From an uncultured Spirochaetota bacterium (GTDB lineage: Bacteria; Spirochaetota; Spirochaetia; SZUA-6; Fen-1364): a stretch of DNA of 64,000 bases. The position numbers and the translations under genes were made by a program. This document shows positions 59,135 through 64,000 of this stretch, in pieces. Every line of letters starts with the position of its first letter. Position 1 is the stretch's first letter. The DNA lies in assembly GCA_963745235.1 (NCBI GenBank), contig CAVUXE010000054.1, positions 64,001 through 128,000 on the forward strand. The letters run 5' to 3'. The notes under the pieces were generated by a model that saw only the letters and a list, made by a program, of their open reading frames with translations, searched no databases and had not been told where the DNA came from.

Positions 59135-60059
59135 GCTGCGTGACGCTGATCCGGTCCAGGTCCAGGATCAGCTCGCCCTTGTCGTCGGCGTGGAAGGCGG
59201 GAACGAAGCGCACGTCGCTGATGATCTCGTCCCAGCGGAACGATGTGCGGGCATTCACCACCTGGCTGAAAGAGTCATCGAAGCCGGTGATGAGAACCAG
59301 GAGCTCGGCCGACCTTTCGGCAAGCTGCCCCAGGGAGAGCCCCTTCAGGGGACTCGAGTCGTCGATGGGATGGACAATGGTCCAGGTCAGGGGAAGGAAG
59401 TACACCATGGGCCGCTCCAGCTCCAGCCTCGTGTACCTGCGCTTCTGCTGCCCCCCCACCCATTCCACCGTCATCAGCAGCACCGTGGCCTCCAGGTTGA
59501 CAATCGCGTTGGAGCGCCTGTTGGCGATGCGAAACTGGAGGCTCGTCCCTTCACCGAACGGCGCGATGATTGCCCGATCACTGAAGAGGATCCTGGCCGA
59601 CGGCCGGGAGAACCGCCCGTAGAGGAGCCCGGCAGCAAACGCGAAACCCATGACTCCCAGCATGGCCTCGATGCTGGCAAGGGCATTCGTCGCGATCCCC
59701 TTCGGGGAGATTGTCCCGTACCCGACCGTGGTCAGGGTCTGAACGCTGAAGAAGAACGCGTTCAGCAGGGTTTCGATGCGTGTCGGGGCCTCCGCGCCGG
59801 CCAGGTTGCCGAGGCCGGTGGCGGCGTAGAGGCCGGCGAAAATGCCGTTGATGAAAATGAAGAGAGCCAGGACAAGGCCCATGAAGGCCGGCCATGACAG
59901 GGACAGGAGGAGCTGGTACACATGCAGGTCCTTCAGGCTCCAGCCCTTCCTGCGCACGTTGAAGGAACCGTCCCGATTGACGATCCTGCGGAGGTCACCC
60001 GTGTAGCTCTGCGTGATCCCCGGGTCGAATTGCTGCTGGTTCAAGGGCGCGCTGCTCAT
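59121..60059 (-). CDS. Inward-rectifier potassium channel (KirBac-like)
   Basis: FFFSVQTLTTVGYG filter, RFSRP, FRIANRR and WTIVHPIDDSSPL. Confidence 0.92.
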   Translation of the reverse strand: MSSAPLNQQQFDPGITQSYTGDLRRIVNRDGSFNVRRKGWSLKDLHVYQLLLSLSWPAFMGLVLALFIFINGIFAGLYAATGLGNLAGAEAPTRIETLLNAFFFSVQTLTTVGYGTISPKGIATNALASIEAMLGVMGFAFAAGLLYGRFSRPSARILFSDRAIIAPFGEGTSLQFRIANRRSNAIVNLEATVLLMTVEWVGGQQKRRYTRLELERPMVYFLPLTWTIVHPIDDSSPLKGLSLGQLAERSAELLVLITGFDDSFSQVVNARTSFRWDEIISDVRFVPAFHADDKGELILDLDRISVTQPTER

Positions 60060-60065
60060 GGGGCC

Positions 60066-60836
60066 TCAGGGGCTGAGAGTGTAGATCACTCCGAAGGATG
60101 CGAGCCATCTGCTGTAGGTGACCTGGTAGGGAGGGTTGGGGGCGGCCAGCCATTCCTGGGAAGAGCTCCAGACCGTCGACTTGTACGAGGCGCCCAGCTC
60201 CAGCATGAGGTCCGGAGTCACGTGGTAGTGGATCCCGATCCACGGATAGCTTTCATAGATGAGAGTGCTCCCGAAGTTGAGCGGGAAGTACGCTTCGTAC
60301 GCCGCCAGGAAGTCCAGGAAGGGCTCCCGGTTGACGAGCCAGAAGAACGTGAGCTCGGGTCTCACCATGATGGACTGCTGGTTCTCGAAGGTGTTGTAGA
60401 TGTAGCGGCTTTTCACCATGAGCACCCAGGAACGGCCGGGCAGGAAGTCCAGGAGGAAGCGCGGGCTCACATCCAGCATGAGCTCGTTCTCCATCCGTCC
60501 GCGGGTGTCCAGCCAGGACCAGGGAAGGGGAGTCGGGTTGGAGATCCAGTCATCGTCGTGGCGCACTCCCGCCTGGAGGCGGTAGAACCCGCCCACCTTC
60601 AGGTTTTTCAGGGGACGGTAATAGACCCCCAGCGTGAAGGCCCGGTACTGAAACGAGGTGTCCGCGTCTTCGAGCCTGCCGGTGAGGTCCGCAAGAAAAT
60701 CGAACCCGCCGGACTGGATGATGAGGGCGGTCCTGCCCTCGAGCTCCAGTATCCCGTTGGGTGCAACCGGGACGTTGTCCGCAAAGCCGCGCGCGGAAGC
60801 CGCGCACAGCAGGAGGAGAAAGAAGCGGCCTTTCAC
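60066..60836 (-). CDS. Hypothetical exported, probable beta-barrel protein
   Basis: Signal peptide, alternating aromatic strand pattern and a C-terminal FGVIYT strand; GTGA overlap with the FecR-gene stop. Confidence 0.6.
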   Translation of the reverse strand: MKGRFFLLLLCAASARGFADNVPVAPNGILELEGRTALIIQSGGFDFLADLTGRLEDADTSFQYRAFTLGVYYRPLKNLKVGGFYRLQAGVRHDDDWISNPTPLPWSWLDTRGRMENELMLDVSPRFLLDFLPGRSWVLMVKSRYIYNTFENQQSIMVRPELTFFWLVNREPFLDFLAAYEAYFPLNFGSTLIYESYPWIGIHYHVTPDLMLELGASYKSTVWSSSQEWLAAPNPPYQVTYSRWLASFGVIYTLSP

Positions 60837-61507
60837 TGGTAGTCGTGATTGAGCAGGTCGCTGTACGCCTGCTCCAGGCTGGTATGGTCCTCCACCTTGC
60901 CGCTTGCCGGGTCCATGTTCCAGTTCAGCCCACGGGTCCATTTGTAGCTGCGCGCGGGGGTCAGCGTCGACCCGGAGACGATGTTGATTCCCTTGCCGGC
61001 GGGGACCACCGTGTGCTGGTTTGTCGACGGAATGGACACCTCGACGGCTCCCGAGTTCACGCACAGCCAGATGTCACGCTGGCTGTCCGTGGTCTTTCCA
61101 TAGGCGACGAAGAACTCCGTGCCGCGCGCGCCTGCGACAACGGTATCCGCGCGGACCGAAAACGTGCCGGACAGCTTCTTCAGTATCCGGGTGAAGGCAG
61201 ACCCGGCTGTCAGGGAGACCTGCGTGTCATCTCCGATTGCCTCGATGACAAGACGGGTATCCTCCCTGAGCTTGACCTGCGTTGCGTTGGAAAGATCGAT
61301 CACCGCAAAGCCATCCGCCCCCGTCGTCACGACATCACCCTCTGAGAGCCTGGTGCCTGGCGCGGCGTCCTGCTGGCTGCTGCCGCTTGCCACGGACACC
61401 GTTCCTTCCGTGTAGATCACCTGGCCGTCAAGCGCAAAGAGGGCAGCGGGAGCTGCCATTGCGGCAACCAGAAAGACTCCCAGAACATGACGGCGCACCG
61501 CGCCCAT
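60833..61507 (-). CDS. Exported FecR-domain protein
   Basis: Signal peptide; GDVVTTG, VAGARGTEF and V.SG.VEV; SD AAGGAGG. Confidence 0.82.
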   Translation of the reverse strand: MGAVRRHVLGVFLVAAMAAPAALFALDGQVIYTEGTVSVASGSSQQDAAPGTRLSEGDVVTTGADGFAVIDLSNATQVKLREDTRLVIEAIGDDTQVSLTAGSAFTRILKKLSGTFSVRADTVVAGARGTEFFVAYGKTTDSQRDIWLCVNSGAVEVSIPSTNQHTVVPAGKGINIVSGSTLTPARSYKWTRGLNWNMDPASGKVEDHTSLEQAYSDLLNHDYQ

Positions 61508-61692
61508 AGTCGCCTCCTTGTGTCTTGAATATACTTCCAGAACGCGGCGGAGCCACTCTCCTCCGGGGCCGTGAAGCGGCTCGGGTCACGGACGTTACCG
61601 CTTGGCAAAGATTGATCAGCGGTTGCGGTCCATACGAAATGGCTTTGAGAGAAAATGGACGATGACCGCAGGCGAGGGATGGTCCGGCGGCG

Positions 61693-62523
61693 TCACTCGG
61701 CGATGATCAGCTCGATCCCCATTGCACGGATCCTGTCCGCGACCTCCGGTGCAATGCCTGTATCCGTGATGAGCTTCTGGGCGGCGCTCAAGGGCCCTAT
61801 CAGGCCAATGCCGGTCTGGTTGAACTTCGATGAATCCGCAATGATGATGGTCTCCTTGGCGGCCTCAATCATCTTGCGCTTGATCGGCACAATGTGGAGG
61901 TTCGAGCTGAGAAGCCCCTCCTCCAGTGAGATTGCGTTGGCTGACGTGAAAAGCTGGTCCACGCGGATCCTGCTGAAGAACTGCTCCGCCGGCATCCCTA
62001 TCAGATGTCTCGAGCTTACCTGCAGGATCCCGCCGGAGACGATGACGATGATGTTGGGGTTCTGGCTCAGGATCTCCGCGATTTCAAGCGAGTTGGTCAG
62101 GACGGTCAGCTTGCTGATCCCCTTCAGGTACAAGGCGAGCTGCCGCGTGGTGGTGCCCGCGTCAATGATCACCGTCCCTGAGGCACGGACCAGCGTGGCG
62201 GCCTTCCTCCCGATCTTCTCCTTCTCCGTGAGACCCTCGCGGGAGCGTGTTTCATACGGCATGGACTGGTTGGAATCCACGAACACCGCTCCGCCGTGAG
62301 TCCTCCTGAGGAGACCCTGCTTCTCCAGGTTTGCGAGGTCCCGGCGGATCGTGTTGGTGGACACGTTGAGGCTCTTGCTCAGCTCCCGGATCATGACCGT
62401 GTTCTTCTGCTTGACGAGATTGTGGATGTGCAGGTACCGCTCCACCTGCAGCTTCTTCTCTGCCGGGGCGGCGTCGGAGTCAGAGGCCGCTTCCCTGTCC
62501 GCCTGATCCCAATCTGCGCTCAT
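61693..62523 (-). CDS. DeoR/GlpR family transcriptional regulator
   Basis: VSTNTIRRDL, RTHGGA, IDAGTT, TNS and ADSSKF. Confidence 0.93.
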   Translation of the reverse strand: MSADWDQADREAASDSDAAPAEKKLQVERYLHIHNLVKQKNTVMIRELSKSLNVSTNTIRRDLANLEKQGLLRRTHGGAVFVDSNQSMPYETRSREGLTEKEKIGRKAATLVRASGTVIIDAGTTTRQLALYLKGISKLTVLTNSLEIAEILSQNPNIIVIVSGGILQVSSRHLIGMPAEQFFSRIRVDQLFTSANAISLEEGLLSSNLHIVPIKRKMIEAAKETIIIADSSKFNQTGIGLIGPLSAAQKLITDTGIAPEVADRIRAMGIELIIAE

Positions 62524-62532
62524 TCTGTCCCG

Positions 62533-63885
62533 TCACGCCGTCCGCACGGTCACCGGTTGAATGCCCATGACATGGCACAGGTCTTTCAGGTCCTCAGTGA
62601 TGTCCCCATAGGTCACCGTGAAATGATGGGGGAATCCCTGGTTGATGATGACGTCCATGAGCTGCGCTGCATTTTCCTTGAACGTCACATCCGCCACGGA
62701 TCCCTTCATGGGAATGTCTTCCCCCGTCACGGTCCCGCTTGCAATCAACATCCGACAGCTCTGGCCGACCACGTCCAGTCGGGACATGGTTATCGGCCCC
62801 GGCTTCAAGGAGAACTCGATCGTGACTCCGGTCTTCCGTGTATAGTGACGGCTCAGGCTGATCTTCGACGGGCTGGCGGCCATGCACGCAGGAGCCAGGC
62901 CGCAGTGCCACAAGCGGCCGCGGTTTCGCTCCGCGTCTATGGAGATCAGGTCCGAGATATATGGCGGCTGACCTCCGGATAACCACCGGTGGATGTACAT
63001 CGTGGCGGCGCCGAGAACGTCCGCCTCACAGGCCGCCGTCACCCCTTCATTGGTCAGCACGGACAGGGCGGCGCAGGGCGTAATGCCCAGGTGCTCCCAG
63101 ATCTCCGGCAGGCAGCGAACAGCCATCACATCCAGCTCGTTCTCCTGCGCGATGTCCTTCAGAGCCTGGTAGAGCTTTCCCATGGAGACGAGCTCTTCCG
63201 ACGTCGGTCCGTCAACTGAATACTGGGACTCCCATTTCCGCGCGAGGTCCCGCGCGGCCCCTTCCGGGGCTTTCCTGGCGCGGGCAATCGCGTCAACAAG
63301 CTCAACGGTATGCACTTGAAATCCGATCTTCCTTCGGACGTACAGCTCGTCCATGACGATGTCCTGGAAGCCCGCCGGTCTCCCGCCTATCAATCCGATG
63401 CGCATGGAGCGAAGCGCCCGCGCCAGGGCCAGCACCTCGAGATGTCGCCTCAGCGCCTGGTAGAAGCCCTCGTCTTTGACGCCGTGGTAGAAGAACTTGA
63501 ATGCATAGCCCGATTTGTACAACGCGCTGGTGATGGCGTTTCCCCCCACCAGCGAGTTCAGGTGCAGGTAGTCTCCGAGGTCCGGCTCGGGCACCGTCCA
63601 GATGATCAAAGGCACTCCGAGCTGCTCCACCATGCGCAGGACGAGCTCCGCGGAGGCAAACGTTCCGCACAGGACCAGCACGGCGTCCACGTGCTGAGAC
63701 TGAAAGGTCGCGATGACCGAGGCTGCCTGCTGCAGGTTCTCGATGACCCATTCCTGCGGCACCACCAGGTTTCGCGTCACGCCGGGAAGACGGCCCCGCG
63801 CCTCCTCCGCCATCCTGCTTGCCATGGCAAAATCGAATGCCTTCCTGGCCAGGCAGACAAAGCCCAGCCTCACGCTTTCTTGCAT
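62533..63885 (-). CDS. L-fucose/L-arabinose isomerase family protein
   Basis: LNSLVG, PAGF, RCLPE, PCA, ACEADV.GA, WHCG and GFPHH. Confidence 0.85.
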   Translation of the reverse strand: MQESVRLGFVCLARKAFDFAMASRMAEEARGRLPGVTRNLVVPQEWVIENLQQAASVIATFQSQHVDAVLVLCGTFASAELVLRMVEQLGVPLIIWTVPEPDLGDYLHLNSLVGGNAITSALYKSGYAFKFFYHGVKDEGFYQALRRHLEVLALARALRSMRIGLIGGRPAGFQDIVMDELYVRRKIGFQVHTVELVDAIARARKAPEGAARDLARKWESQYSVDGPTSEELVSMGKLYQALKDIAQENELDVMAVRCLPEIWEHLGITPCAALSVLTNEGVTAACEADVLGAATMYIHRWLSGGQPPYISDLISIDAERNRGRLWHCGLAPACMAASPSKISLSRHYTRKTGVTIEFSLKPGPITMSRLDVVGQSCRMLIASGTVTGEDIPMKGSVADVTFKENAAQLMDVIINQGFPHHFTVTYGDITEDLKDLCHVMGIQPVTVRTA

Positions 63886-64000
63886 GCTCCCCCCGCGTTG
63901 CCTGGATACTATGGATATTGCGATGCTCTTGTCAAGATGTTTTATTGAACTTTATGGAGACATATGTTCTATTTTGGAATTATCAATCCAAATATTACCA

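Noticed and set aside
63950-63985. ATGGAGACATATGTTCTATTTTGG as a third copy of the 39-bp element
   Set aside because: It needs a gap and lacks the GGAA-N5-TTCC dyad; the similarity may just reflect AT-rich promoter sequence.
1-64000. CRISPR arrays, tRNA/rRNA genes, prophage or integron features
   Set aside because: No regularly spaced repeats, cloverleaf-like segments, integrase or phage genes were recognised by eye.

Overview
GC-rich bacterial chromosomal window with about 55 genes, mostly catabolic, transport and regulatory. It is probably from a free-living spirochaete; this is inferred from the AspRS segment 'WDPAHHMF' and the MCP/TonB/FecR gene content and is not verified. Left to right it contains: (1) a truncated divergent GAPDH and an SDR; (2) two convergent operons sharing a 39-bp upstream element: class V aminotransferase, family-5 ABC transporter (binding-protein gene split by a 1490-bp ISKra4/ISLre2-type IS with a 9-bp target duplication) and non-pyrrolysine MttB methyltransferase, facing a U32-like gene plus IclR; (3) a 7TM sensor, aspS, a URO-D-family gene, a class II aldolase, DeoR and an ECF sigma operon; (4) DUF899/DUF2182 and a TM-GAF gene; (5) a ribose-type ABC/FGGY kinase/GntR operon divergent from E2-E1a-E1b-lipoyl-URO-D genes; (6) mtnA, an MFS and an MCP with an extra C-terminal domain; (7) a cobalamin riboswitch with a btuB-like receptor and tonB; (8) cupin, GH5 and racemase genes; (9) GH116-LacI-CobW divergent from a sugar ABC operon; (10) a two-component system, an ADH, FecR/beta-barrel/KirBac genes, DeoR and a fucose/arabinose isomerase. 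Five genes carry eight +1 frameshifts that look like sequencing artefacts. Several genes appear to be leaderless. No rRNA, tRNA or CRISPR array was seen. All family calls come from motif recognition, not database searches.
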